Positions 1 to 12,302 of a stretch of 34,171 nt of DNA are shown here, one piece after another. Where the stretch lies: assembly GCA_030141605.1 (NCBI GenBank), contig JAQGDQ010000328.1, positions 201,201-235,371 on the forward strand, in the 5' to 3' direction. A program made the translations under genes and the position numbers. The notes under the pieces are model-generated. The model was not told the origin of the DNA. It did not search any database and was given only the letters and a program-made list of their open reading frames with translations. How positions within the stretch are numbered: the stretch's first letter is position 1; every line of letters starts with the position of its first letter. This DNA comes from Tubiluchus corallicola. Lineage: Eukaryota; Animalia; Priapulida.

Positions 1-402
1 TTTAAGATATAGGAAATTTGTGATATTCAACCAATACAATAGTCAATTGTTCAGAAATTTAAATGACATTTTGCAGTAATTCATAAGCTAATGCCGTAGA
101 GTGTCAGTTAGAGCTACTTCTGCAGATTAAAGCTGAGACGGAATCATCTCTGTCAGTGTGCGGGTCATTTATGGCTGGCTGGTTTATGATATCCATGGGT
201 CAAGTCAGTCAGTAATGGGCCACACTTTGACCCGTTTTCAGTTCAAAGGACGAGAATAAGAAAATGCAATTCTTACATAACAGAATTACGCATGTAATAA
301 AGTGCGTACCATGGAAATTTTTAACGAGAAACAAATATTAAAATAATGAAGACATTAATCTCTCAGTTACAAAGTCAATCATCAAAAAAATTCTAAAATA
401 AT

Positions 403-514
403 AGTAATAGTAATATTAATAAGAATGATGACGATGAAGATGATGATGATTGATGATAACGCCTACAACGGTGATGATGACGATAATCATGATGATAATA
501 ATAATAATAATAAT

Positions 515-551
<37 letters not shown>

Positions 552-591
552 TTAATAATAATAATATTAATAGTAATAATAATAATAATAA
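403..591. repeat. Compound trinucleotide microsatellite (GAT)n-(AAT)n-(AAC)n-(AAT)n
   Basis: Directly visible; pure AAC run at about 515-550; ends about 20 bp before the exon 1 acceptor. Confidence 0.97.
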
Positions 592-612
592 CACTTGTTA
601 ATAAAATTTTAG

Positions 613-726
613 ACATCAATGAATGCTCATCTAAACCTTGTCAAAATTGTGCTAACTGTACAGACAGAGTTAACTCATACATCTGTCACTGCGTAAAAGG
701 ATTCACTGGAACTAACTGTGAACAAG
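613..726 (+). CDS. Exon 1, calcium-binding-type EGF: DINECSSKPCQNCANCTDRVNSYICHCVKGFTGTNCEQ (7 Cys)
   Basis: tttag|AC...AAG|gtaaaa; 114 bp; DINEC and C-x-D-x4-Y-x-C motifs. Confidence 0.85.
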
Positions 727-1455
727 GTAAAATAAAACTATGCCTATTATTGTTGAGGTTTAGCCTAATTGTACTATTGTATAGGCCTAATTGATTGTAC
801 TTTAATTGGTAATAAAATTACTTTTTAATTTACGTCGGAATTTTTGCTTCATTACACCGAATCAAGGTATATGAATATGGCGAGGAAAGGGTGGAGAGGA
901 GAAAAGTTTAAAAATCAAAGAATCAAACAAACTGAATGTAAAAAAATAGAAGAAAAGCGTCATAGCTCCATGAAGAACGTCATAGCACCATAATTTTTGA
1001 AACATCAAGTGACATCATATTATGCGTCATCAGTACCTTTGTTGCCGACTATAATCACATCGTCAGCTTCTTTGTTATAGGGAACATGCATACGACTTAA
1101 TTTCTCCAATCCAAGCAGTGCCACTTGCACAGTCCAGTGCAGTTCCAGTGTGGTTTTTTTGCAACATAGAACATGGGAATATAGTAGCATACTCAGTACA
1201 TTCATTCGCATGTTTCGGTCACGATATTAATTTCAGGAAACAGTGCTTATATGGTAGACCAAAATGTAAGACAGGCCTGGGCCCAGAAGAGAACCATTTG
1301 AAATTTCTCACTGGTTTATCTGTAGACATAGTCAGAAACTGTGACTGTGGGCACTACGTACTTGGCGCTACTGCTTTCTGGAATATTTTGTACAATAGAA
1401 TAGTTTGTAGTTCAAATAACAAATTAGCAAGATGGTCAAATTTGCATCTTTTTAG

Positions 1456-1569
1456 AGATTAACGAATGCTTATCCAATCCATGCCAAAATGGTGGTACAT
1501 GCAATGATGGAATCAGTAACTATACTTGCTCTTGCCTAGCAGGATATAGTGGAGATAACTGTGAACAAG
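1456..1569 (+). CDS. Exon 2, cbEGF: [38 protein letters not shown]
   Basis: tttag|AG...AAG|gtaaat; 114 bp; not in the ORF track. Confidence 0.93.
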
Positions 1570-1930
1570 GTAAATGAATGTATTTGAATTGAATTTATTG
1601 ACTAATAGGGGCCTGGCCCCAGATTCATGCACTCGTCGTAACTTTATGCAGTTAAGTGCATTGTCTTACTACACCTCTAAGACAGTGCCGTAACACGTAT
1701 TCATGTAGCTGTATTTAGGTGTACTAAAATAAATTTCGCTAGTTGTCATAACTTTGGTGCAAGTTAGAATTCATAAATGTGTCCAAGGGTACATTTAAGT
1801 AAGCTATTTGAAATTTCTCACTGGTTTATCAGTAGACAGAGTCTGAAACTGTGACTGTAGGCACTACGTACTTGGTTTTACTGCTTTCTGGGATATTTTG
1901 TAGAATAGAATAGTTTGTATTTCAAATTAG

Positions 1931-2077
<147 letters not shown>

Positions 2078-3602
2078 TAAATTTATTTGAATTGAATATA
2101 TAGACTAGCAGGGATAAAGCATATTAATGGTATATGACACACAAACTTGTAAAGAGTGTCGGTAACGAAGAGTCAAAATTGTCACACAGATAAAAACACA
2201 GGCTTACAATGAATGAAGTTATGACAACAAAATCATGTCAGATAGTTAAAAATATAAAATGCATGAGTAAAAAGGTATGAGTATAATAAGTAAAAATCGT
2301 TAACATTTTTAATTGTCAATGTTAAATTTTTCAAAGTAGTTATATGTTAAACAAAACGATCACTTTTTTGCTGCAATTTTACTTGCAAAGTAGAACTACT
2401 CTGTCGTCATTTTAAGTGGACGTTTTTTATTCAAACGCTGATCATTGTCCATTTATTTTTGTAAAATGGCGCTAGATATAGAAACAAAGTCCTAACGCTG
2501 TAACTACACAGGTAATGCGAACATGAATTGGAATGCGATGCGAGAAGTATCGTTTTAGATATTTTTTGATTTAGATTTATTTCTTACAAAAACAAACGAC
2601 ACGATACAATAATTACAAAATGACACGCCAAAAAACTAGTAATTACTTACAATAAAGCTTGAAAGAAAATTTGGTGAGCACAACATTGATAGTGAGAAAA
2701 GGTTAGGCAAGACAAGGCAGGATATAAAGTTAGAATGTGAATAGAGTAGAATGCGACTAGAGGTGCGTGTTTGTTAACGGTGGTTAAGTAACGTAATACC
2801 TAAATCATATACAAAAACCTCGTACGGTTGAACATGTTGGTTACCAAAGTAGAACAGCAGTGACATAGCCGTACCTGTAAAACAAGGAAGTACTTCATCG
2901 GAAATTATACTGCATTGTAAAAAATATTTATCGATTGTGGAATTCCGTAATTATTCAAAAATCGAGTACTAAATTATTTACTTGTTGCCGTTTAGTCATA
3001 TTTTTATTTTCTTATCTTATAACAGTTTTTTGGATAACAGTAAAACAATTAACTCACCTATTTACTTTACTTGTATTACATTGACTAAGCAATTTTGCGC
3101 ATTCTATACAATGCCTAGGTATTGTACAAAAAATGTAGTCAAAGTTTGATTTAGCAAGAATTGTGTTCATTTTAAGCTATGCCTAAGCCACTTTTTGCAT
3201 TCTGCATAGATCCTAGGTATTATATAAAACAAAGTGTGGAAACATTTATTTTCACACTTCTCAAAATGTATGCGTATTATATGAAATGCCTAGGAATTTT
3301 ATACAAATTTTATACATAGCGTGTAATATGCAGAGCAATGCACATTTAAAGCTATATATAAACGAGCTTTATTGCGAAGGTTAAACAACATAATACTGTT
3401 TCACTGTAATCGCAACAAAAGATATAAGACAATTATTGCTGTGTTTTACAAATTAGTCCATCAAACTCCCTGACAAATTGTACGGCCGTCCTTTCTTTGA
3501 CAGCACGCCCGCGAACTCATAAATGTCAAACTGTAAAAATATCGACATCTTGTCTGAGTGGAAAAAAAGGAAAGAAATATTGCCACGTTTTAATATAGGT
3601 GT

Positions 3603-4026
3603 TGTGAAAGTTGTAACTGTATATTTTCGGTGCTGCCATCTATTGATTAGTCACTTTAACATTTACTAGTTCAACTCACCCTTAGTACAATTGTTCGGTC
3701 CAGTGAATATTCAAACTCACTGGATCTCCCCTATTTTCACTGTAATGGGATATGTGAAGCCAAGTTCTTGCATACTTCTCTACTTATATAAACTGGCTAG
3801 ATTTCACTGCTAGTCACTCTCTGCTCAGGCACTGCAGTCGTGCAACTCATGGGACACACTGTCTCTCTGTCACACACTCAGTGCTGTGCAGCAGTTGTGA
3901 TCTTCATTTTACTTGTGCATTTTACTGTGTATTTAGTGCAATAAAAGTGTTTCAGTTTTGTGCAAACATGTAATATGGTGTTTAGTTGTTTTCTACAAGT
4001 GTTCAACTTCACAAATAACTTTCACA
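3603..4026 (+). mobile_element. Solo LTR, 424 bp
   Basis: Termini TGTGAAAGTT...AACTTTCACA (10-bp perfect inverted repeat), perfect 5-bp TSD GGTGT (3598-3602, 4027-4031), TATATAAA 3785-3792, AATAAA 3940-3945. Confidence 0.88.
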
Positions 4027-5055
4027 GGTGTTGTTCAAGCCAATGAATAATTTTGTTTTCCATTTGTAAAAAAAGAACGGGGAGCTCTATAAGTAAATGC
4101 ATGTTGATCTTTAGAAACACATTATACAACCGCCATTTGGGAGAAAAACGTGTCAATATATTTTGGATACGCCACAAGTCACAATGATTAGACACTGCTA
4201 ATTACATAAAAATAGGTTAAATTAATAGAAACTTTTTGTATGATTAACTTCTTTGCTATACTGAAAGCTCTTTGTGCTATAGCTTTTATGTCCAAGCACT
4301 GCTTATCACTTTCATTGCTTATATTGTATAAACATGTGTGTAATCTCCTGGAACTGGCAAGAAATTAAAATTTTCTCCTTAATTTGTCATCGACGACTAT
4401 ATTAATGGTTCCGACCCCCAAAACAGATTTCAATTTTAGCGTGGTGGGACACAGCTACAAATACCTCGGATCTATGACAAAACAAAGTTTGACAACATTT
4501 TAAACAAACCTACTTTTAATATATAAAGCAGTGTGATTTCTTTAGCACTGCTTTCTAAAACGTAAATGCATTTATATGCATATTTTTTCTTTGACCACTG
4601 TAGGATTGTTCGTATTACTGCATGCAATCAATGACTTTGTATAAAATTTAACATGTAATTATCTTTTTTCAGCGTTCTTGATCAATCTTTTGCATACTGA
4701 AGATGACTGCTGAAGAGAGCAATCGAAATATCAAGAATGTTTTTATAGTTGAACAAATATTGTAAAAAATGAAGCGGCCTTTCTAAATACTGTAACTTAA
4801 AAAGTGCATCTTGTACAAACTGGCTTAATGTGTAAAGGAGCTCTGTGATTACCTAGATACGTCTGGTGTTAAGAGATTACAATAACCGTGTTACAAGAAA
4901 ATGAAACGCCCAAATCTAACCTTTTCGTTATAATAACATTACTACTCGCTAGCGTATAAAATATAGTTAGCATTCATACATTACACTGCCATTTTTTACT
5001 ATGAGGTTGCAATAATACAGAATGGTTTCACCAACTTTCAAGGCATTGTTTTCAG

Positions 5056-5172
5056 GCACTGTTGATTGTGCAAGTAACCCTTGCAGAAATGGAGCTACGT
5101 GTATAGACAATGCAGATGCTACATACACTTGCAAGTGTGTCCATGGATTCATCGGAGATAAGTGTGAAAAGG
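5056..5172 (+). CDS. Exon 4, transitional D/E-like EGF: [39 protein letters not shown]
   Basis: ttcag|GC...AAGG|gtaaaa; 117 bp. Confidence 0.92.
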
Positions 5173-5435
5173 GTAAAAATTGTCTCAACGCAGTTAATCC
5201 TTGTACTAAGTAAAAGTACTGTTTGCAAACGTGATTTATTATCTACCCAATTTAATTTTTTACTTTTTGAAGGTAAAATATGCAAAGTAGCATTGTTTCC
5301 TTAGCACTGTTTTCCAACACCTAATCACAGTTATGTATATTTTTTTGCAAAACTGCTGTATGATTGTTTGTATTGCTACAAGCTACTGATCTCCATTAAA
5401 ATACGTAATTTTCTTTTTTAATCAAGTTATATTAG

Positions 5436-5590
5436 GCTTATATAATTGCCGCCTAATTCCTGTAAGATGGTGCTACATGTAAAATAGCTCTATAATCATG
5501 TAGATATTGGATATAATAATTACAAATTCTACTTTTTAAAAAAGTGCAGTGCTTAAGAAAGTGGACTCTCTGGAGGTAACCTTTAAAAGG
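5436..5590 (+). pseudogene. Decayed EGF exon remnants at the array edge
   Basis: aattgccgcctaattcctgtaagatggtgctacatgt resembles gattgctcacctaatccttgtaaaaatggagctacatgt. gtggactctctggaggtaac...aagg|gtaaagatggccacagcg resembles the 3' end and donor of E-type exons. Confidence 0.75.
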
Positions 5591-6154
5591 GTAAAGATGG
5601 CCACAGCGTATTAGGAATTATCTATAGGAATTATCTTGTATTATGTGACTACCCAAATCCAAGCGTATTATCTAACTAATTATCTTACTATTATCTAACT
5701 AAACTAAATGCACATTTTTAATTTTTAAAAGCAAATAAATGTTAAGTTTTTACCTATAGTCTTATTTGCAAGCTGACATCCGACATGTGAATCTGACATC
5801 CTTTATTATATATATTCTTTTTAATTAGTATGGAGTCTACTTATCTTATTATTGTAAAACGACATTACATGAAGAGGCAAATTAAAGTAATGCTATGACT
5901 AATACTTAAACTGCAAATTCCATTTTTTCACTAGTAAAGTCGAATACCAAAATGTTACCTCTTTACTATGACGTACATTGTTTAAGTACAATAGTTCTAT
6001 CTGCCTGCTGATTCAGCACTCAAATGGACATGTTTATTTTTAAAATTTCACATTTACAAAGAAATCATTTTTTGGTGATCACACTCTCTTTTGGAATCTC
6101 TTTTTAAATACAGCTCTAGCCACAATTTCTCTTAAGAAGCTTTATTGTTTTTAG

Positions 6155-6271
6155 CTCCAGGTGATTGCGAACCCAATCCTTGCAAAAACGAAGCTATATG
6201 CACAGAAAACGAAGATGATACTTACACTTGTTCTTGTCCTGCCGGTGTGACTGGAGATGATTGTGATGAAG
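6155..6271 (+). CDS. Exon A1: APGDCEPNPCKNEAICTENEDDTYTCSCPAGVTGDDCDE
   Basis: AG/GT, 117 bp, 6 Cys. Confidence 0.92.
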
Positions 6272-6797
6272 GTAGTGTTTGATACAATATCGCTATTATG
6301 GTTCTACGTTAAAAAGAATTGGACACAAATGTTCACTTTTCTCTGAACAGATGATTACATACAAAAACATCAGTTTGATTTTGTCAGTTATAACTGCAAA
6401 TTAGGGTGATCCTGTCATCTTTTTAAAGAATTTCTTGTTTTAGCTAAATAATACTGACTGACTATTTCGTTTTTGTGAGACTTTGCTACACTCAAACAGA
6501 AACTACATAAGTAGCATTTTGACTACTTGGCAATCTTATATGTAAACAGAAAAATGGTAAACTTTCTTTTTGCTTAAATGTACAGTTACAAAATTTACTT
6601 CTATGATAACACATCACTGCTACTTTCAATGGTTTGGTATAAGTCCTACATTTGTATAGTTATGTTGTTCCTTTCTGGCTAATGGTGGTTGTAAAATGAA
6701 TAAGTTCTGACTTGATATATGCTATCTTTTCTCATGCTATCTGAACAATATAGTACAGAGTACGGTGCCAATATTTTAGTGGCCTTAACATTTTTAG

Positions 6798-6914
6798 GTA
6801 TTGGAAAATGCCAGCCTAATCCTTGTCAAAATGGAGGTACATGTACATCACTTACACAAGATACTTACTCTTGTGCTTGTCCTCCTGGATTTATTGGAGT
6901 TAATTGTGATATAG
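6798..6914 (+). CDS. Exon B1: [39 protein letters not shown]
   Basis: AG/GT, 117 bp, 6 Cys. Confidence 0.92.
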   Translation, partial: VLENASLILVKMEVHVHHLHKILTLVLVLLDLLELIVI

Positions 6915-7114
6915 GTGAGGACTGACACCGTGTACCTGTTATGGAAATAATTTGGAATTAAGTGATGGCCTCATTGTAGATATGTCTATCTTACATAAAC
7001 AGTTAAAATTGAAGAAAAAATTTTAAGTTTTTAAATTCTACTTTAAACATCAATTGCTTTTTCTTCGCCATAATTTTACATGCAGCATAGAGGGGCTAAC
7101 TTATTTTTATTTAG

Positions 7115-7230
7115 ACATTATTAATTGCATATCTAAGTATGGTAAAACTGTGCTGCAGGTAAAGATGAAGAAATGCAGTAAACACTCTGTGTTTTTAATT
7201 TAAATTACAAATCTAACTGTTACAAGAAGT
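7115..7230 (+). pseudogene. Ghost EGF exon in B-C intron (other copies start at 10501, 25095, 29352 and equivalent sites in units 3, 4, 7)
   Basis: tttag|acattattaattgcatatctaagtatggtaaaactgtgctgcaggtaaaga aligns to exon 1 (acatcaatgaatgctcatctaaaccttgtcaaaattgtgctaactgtacaga) at roughly two-thirds identity with one gap; frameshifted. Confidence 0.7.
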
Positions 7231-7442
7231 GCAATATATCAAATACTACATCTTCTTTGTGATAACGTTACCAGCTGCAAAGAATAACATATTTACCTGC
7301 ATTTAAACAGCTATACTGCTTTCTTTAGATGTTAGTGTTGCAAAAAGCAAGCTCTTTCGGGACATTACACTTTACTTTTCACTATTGTCAATGTAACAAA
7401 ATGATATTCTTTACTGAATTTTAGAGGTTTTACATATTTTAG

Positions 7443-7556
7443 ATGTTAGGGATTGCTCACCCAGTCCTTGTCAAAATGGAGCTACATGTAAAGCTGAGAG
7501 CAATGCTTACACTTGCATATGTGTTGATGGTTTTACAGGAGATAATTGTGAAAAAG
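7443..7556 (+). CDS. Exon C1: DVRDCSPSPCQNGATCKAESNAYTCICVDGFTGDNCEK
   Basis: AG/GT, 114 bp, 6 Cys. Confidence 0.92.
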
Positions 7557-8220
7557 GTAAAGAGCACCACAATGTAGCTGCATTAGTGGAGATTACGCCT
7601 ACTGTGAATCAAGTAAAATTATAGATGAGTTTCAATATCTTTATAGATAATAGTAATTAATGTAATTAAGTTTGCCATCTTTTTAAAGAATAGACTATTT
7701 CCACTTAGGCATGCCAGACAGCAATCAAGTGATCAAATTGCTGTACATGGCATGACAGTAGGTGATGACATGACAACGATCTGTTTGGCTTAGATATAAC
7801 AAGTTTACCTTAAGGTCTGAGCCTTTAAGCATTCCTGCTACCCATTATAATTTGTTATTAGACTATATCTTAAATGAGACTATTGTTGACGTTATCTCCA
7901 TACCGTGTATTTTTGAATTAGCTATATTAGTTTACCATTGGCATTTTAAATAAATTTGAAGTATCATTTGCAGACAAAGTAACATCCTTGTAACCATTTT
8001 GCAAAAAGTGTAATATAATATTTTTATTTTTTTGACAATATTATTAGCATCTTAATGTAAATGTCACAGCATCATATATCAAACTCTACATTGTTTATTT
8101 TTAAGTATTGACAATTTCAAAAGAAATACCTTTTGGGATAAAATGTCTTTTTTCAAATTTCTATACAAAGACGCAGCATGATGTTACGAAATTTCTAGTG
8201 TGGATTTTTACCATTTTTAG

Positions 8221-8337
8221 GCCCAGGCGACTGTTCACCTAATCCTTGTAAAAATGGAGCAACATGTACAGATAATGGAGATGGTACATACACTTGCAAT
8301 TGTGTCCATGGATTCACTGGAGTTGACTGTAGTGAAG
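8221..8337 (+). CDS. Exon D1: [39 protein letters not shown]
   Basis: AG/GT, 117 bp, 6 Cys. Confidence 0.92.
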
Positions 8338-8913
8338 GTAAAAATTGACACAATGAATCTGATAGGAATTACCCAGTGTTAAGGACAAGCCTAAATACAG
8401 ATGTATTTTATTATCTAACCAAAGTAAATGTGCACTTTTAATTTTTTGAAAGCAAAAAATGTTTTTCTTAATGTGCAAAGTAAATGGTTTCTTCAGCATT
8501 GTTTTCTAACACTTAATTACAGTTGTGTATATCTTTTTACTATAAGTTCTGTAGAGTTGTTTGTATTTATACATGCTACTGGCTTCTATGTGAATATTTA
8601 ACTACCCTTTTCTCAATTTATTTAATTAATATCAGCTTAATTGCTATAAAATTGTGCTTTTCGTAAAAGTAGCTGTGTGATCATGTAGAAATTTTTTGTA
8701 CTAAAATTTACAATGTCCTTTTCTTAGGAAAGCGTTTCGCCAGAATCTTAACCTTTCTTCAATATGGTATAGCTACTTGCTTCAGGTTTTTGCATCGTGT
8801 TTTTATGTTGACAATTACAAAGCAAATGTTTTTAGAGACACTGCACTGCTTTTTAATAATGTTGTTGCAATGAAGGTAGTATTGTTCCACTGATGTTTGT
8901 GGCTTTATTTTAG

Positions 8914-9030
8914 GTATAGGTGATTGCTCACCTGATCCTTGCAAAAACGGAGCTACGTGTATAGACAATGCAGATGATACATACACTTGCAACTGTGTCA
9001 GTGGATTCACTGGAGTCAATTGTAGAATAG
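8914..9030 (+). CDS. Exon E1: [39 protein letters not shown]
   Basis: AG/GT, 117 bp, 6 Cys. Confidence 0.92.
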
Positions 9031-9565
9031 GTAAAGATTGTCACACTGCAACTAATAGGGAGAGGTACCCTATTTTAAGCAAAAACCTGATTATCTATGT
9101 GGTTTATTGTTTAACCAAGTTAAGTGCACATTTCCAATTAAAAAATATCTCTTTTCATAACATCACTTTTTTCTTGCTCCAACTTTATTTGTAAACCAGG
9201 TTGAAAACTTCTTTTCTAACTGCTTTATCCGTTTTAATCTGTTTTTGTTTAACATTTAGGCCTACCAACGTTATTATTGTAAAAAAGATGTTACATGTAG
9301 ACCCATTCACTATTGTGGCCTGTGACTGATATCTTAATTGCAAATTCCATTAACTAATAAAGTGGAATACCAAGATGTTACCTGTTTACAATGACAAACA
9401 TTGTACAATGGTTTTATGTACCTGTCCATGCAGCACTCAGATGGGCATGTCTATTTTAAACATCACATCTAGAAAGAAATCATCTTTGTGGGATTTTCCT
9501 TTTGGGATCTGTTGTTAAATACAGCTCTACCAACAATTTCTCCTAATAGGCTTTATCATTTTTAG

Positions 9566-9682
9566 GTCCAGGTGATTGCGAACCCAATCCTTGCAAAAAC
9601 GAAGCTATATGCACAGAAAACGAAGATGATACTTACATTTGTTCTTGTCCTGCCAAAAGGACTGGTGATAATTGTGACGAAG
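9566..9682 (+). CDS. Exon A2: GPGDCEPNPCKNEAICTENEDDTYICSCPAKRTGDNCDE
   Basis: AG/GT, 117 bp, 6 Cys. Confidence 0.92.
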
Positions 9683-10164
9683 GTAACGTTCGACACAATA
9701 TAGCTGTTATAGTTCTAGAATATTAATAATTGAATACAAATCTTCACTTTTTTCCGAACAGATGATTGCATACAAAAACACCAGTTTGATTTTGTCAGTT
9801 ATAACTGCAAATCACAGTGATCCAGCCATCCTATTAATGAATTTCTTGTTTCAGCTAGATAATACTGACTGAATATTTTATTTTTGTAAAACTTTGCTAC
9901 ACTCAGACAGAAACTCTACAAGTAGCAATCGGACTACTTGGAGATCTTACACGTAAGCTGAAAAAAGTGTCAAACTTTCTTTTTGCTTGAATGTACAATA
10001 CCAAAACTTACTTTCCTGCGACAATACATTACTGCTAATTTCAATGATTTGCTTTCAACGGTTTTCGCGTTCGAATGGTTACGTTTTATGCTGTCTTTTC
10101 CTCATGTTATCTCTACATTGTAGTATAGTTTGAGATATACACCAACATTTTGGTGGTTTTTTAG

Positions 10165-10281
10165 GTATTGGAGACTGCACGCCTAATCCTTGCCAAAATG
10201 GAGGTACATGTACATCACCTTCAAAAGATAAATACTCTTGCACTTGTCCTCCTGGATTTATTGGAGTTAATTGTGATATAG
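10165..10281 (+). CDS. Exon B2: [39 protein letters not shown]
   Basis: AG/GT, 117 bp, 6 Cys. Confidence 0.92.
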   Translation, partial: VLETARLILAKMEVHVHHLQKINTLALVLLDLLELIVI

Positions 10282-10829
10282 GTAAGGACTGACACCGTGT
10301 ACCTGTTATGGAAATAATCTGGAATTAAGTGATGGCCTCATTGTAGATATGCGTATCTTACATAAACAGTTACAATTGAAGAAAAATTTTTAAGTTTTTA
10401 AATACTTCTTTAAACATCAATTGTTTTTTCTTCGCCATAATTTTACATGCAGCATAGTGGGGCTAACTCATTTTTAACATTTTTTTTGTTTTTTATTTAG
10501 ACATTATTAATTGCATATCTAAGTATGGTAAAACTGTGCTGCAGGTAAAGATGAAGAAATACAGTAAACACTCTGTGTTGTTTAATTTAAATTATAAATC
10601 TAGATGTTACAAGAAGTGCAATATATCAAATACTACATCTTCTTTATGATAACATTACCAGCATCAAAGAATAACATATTTACCTGCATTTAAACAGCTA
10701 TACTGCTTTCTTTAGATCCTAATGTTGCCAAAAGCAAGCTCTTTCGGGACATTACACTTTACTTTTCACTAATGTCAATGTAACAAAATGATATTCTTTA
10801 CTGAATTTTAGAGGTTTTACATATTTTAG

Positions 10830-10943
10830 ATGTTAGGGATTGCTCACCCAGTCCTTGTCAAAATGGAGCTACATGTAAAGCTGAGAGCAATGCTTACACT
10901 TGCAAATGTGTTGATGGTTTTACAGGAGATAATTGTGAAAAAG
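10830..10943 (+). CDS. Exon C2: DVRDCSPSPCQNGATCKAESNAYTCKCVDGFTGDNCEK
   Basis: AG/GT, 114 bp, 6 Cys. Confidence 0.92.
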
Positions 10944-11609
10944 GTAAAGAGCACCACAATGTAGCTGCATTAGTGGAGATTAGGCCTACTGTAAATCAAA
11001 TGAAATTATAGATGAGTTTCAATATCTTTATAGATAATAGTAATTAATGTAATTAAATTTGCCATCTTTTTAAAGAATTGACTATTTCCACTTAGGCATG
11101 CCAGACAGCAATCAAGTGATCAAATTGCTGTACATAGCTTGACAGTAGGTGATGATGTGACAACGATCTGTTTGGCTTAGATATATCAAGTTTACCTTTA
11201 GGTCTGAGCCATTAGGCATTCCTGCTACCCATTGTAATTTGTTATTAGACTATATCTGAAATGAGATTATTGTTGATGTTATCTCCATATCGTGTATTTT
11301 TGAATAAGCTATATTAGTTTACCATTGGCATTTTAAATAAATTTGAAATATCATTTGCAGACAAAGTAACATCCTTGTAACCATTTTGCAAAAAGTGTAA
11401 TATAAAAATTTTACTTTTTTGACAATATTATTAGCATCTTAGTGTAACTGTCACAGCATCATATATTAAACTCTACATTGTTTGTTTTTAAGTATTGACA
11501 ATTTCAAAAGAAATACCTTTTGGGATAAAAATGTCTTTTTTTCAAATTTCTATACACAGACGCAGCATGATGTTACGAAATTTCTAGTGTGGATTTTTAC
11601 TATTTTTAG

Positions 11610-11726
11610 GCCCAGGCGACTGTTCACCTAATCCTTGTAAAAATGGAGCAACATGTACAGATAATGGAGATGGTACATACACTTGCAATTGTGTTCATGG
11701 ATTCACTGGAGTTGACTGTAGTGAAG
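11610..11726 (+). CDS. Exon D2 (protein identical to D1)
   Basis: AG/GT, 117 bp; one silent change versus D1. Confidence 0.92.
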
Positions 11727-12302
11727 GTAAAAATTGACACAATGAATCTGATAGGAATTACCCAGTGTTAAGGACAAGCCTAAATACAGATGTATTTTAT
11801 TATCTAACCAAAGTAAATGTGCACTTTTAATTTTTTGAAAGCAAAAAATGTTTTTCTTAATGTGCAAAGTAAATGGTTTCTTCAGCATTGTTTTCTAACA
11901 CTTAATTACAGTTGTGTATATCTTTTTACTATAAGTTCTGTAGAGTTGTTTGTATTTATACATGCTACTGGCTTCTATGTGAATATTTAACTACCCTTTT
12001 CTCAATTTATTTAATTAATATCAGCTTAATTGCTATAAAATTGTGCTTTTCGTAAAAGTGGCTCTGTGATCATGTAGAAATTTTTTGTACTAGAATTTAC
12101 AATGTCCTTTTCTTCGGAAAGTGTATTGTCAAAATCTGAACCTTTCTTCAATATGGTATAGCTACTTGCTTCAGGTTTTTGCATCGTGTTTTTATGTTGA
12201 CAATTACAAAGCAAATGTTTTTAGAGACACTGCACTGCTTTTTAATAATGTTGTTGCAATGAAGGTAGTATTGTTCCACTGATCTTTCGGGCTTTATTTT
12301 AG

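Noticed and set aside
416-794. ORFs 416-619 (-) and 450-794 (+) with poly-Ile/Thr/Val, resembling a signal peptide or mucin stalk before an EGF
   Set aside because: Translation of the microsatellite. The EGF part has its own acceptor at 612, like all other exons.
1118-1462. 114-aa ORF
   Set aside because: Intronic, no recognisable motif, and overlaps exon 2 out of frame.
1612-1790. Possible small Harbinger-like MITE in intron 2
   Set aside because: Terminal inverted similarity is weak and no TSD could be fixed.
2500-3350. Degenerate pentamer runs and three tgcctagg-containing repeats
   Set aside because: Probably old simple-repeat or transposon debris; no boundaries definable.
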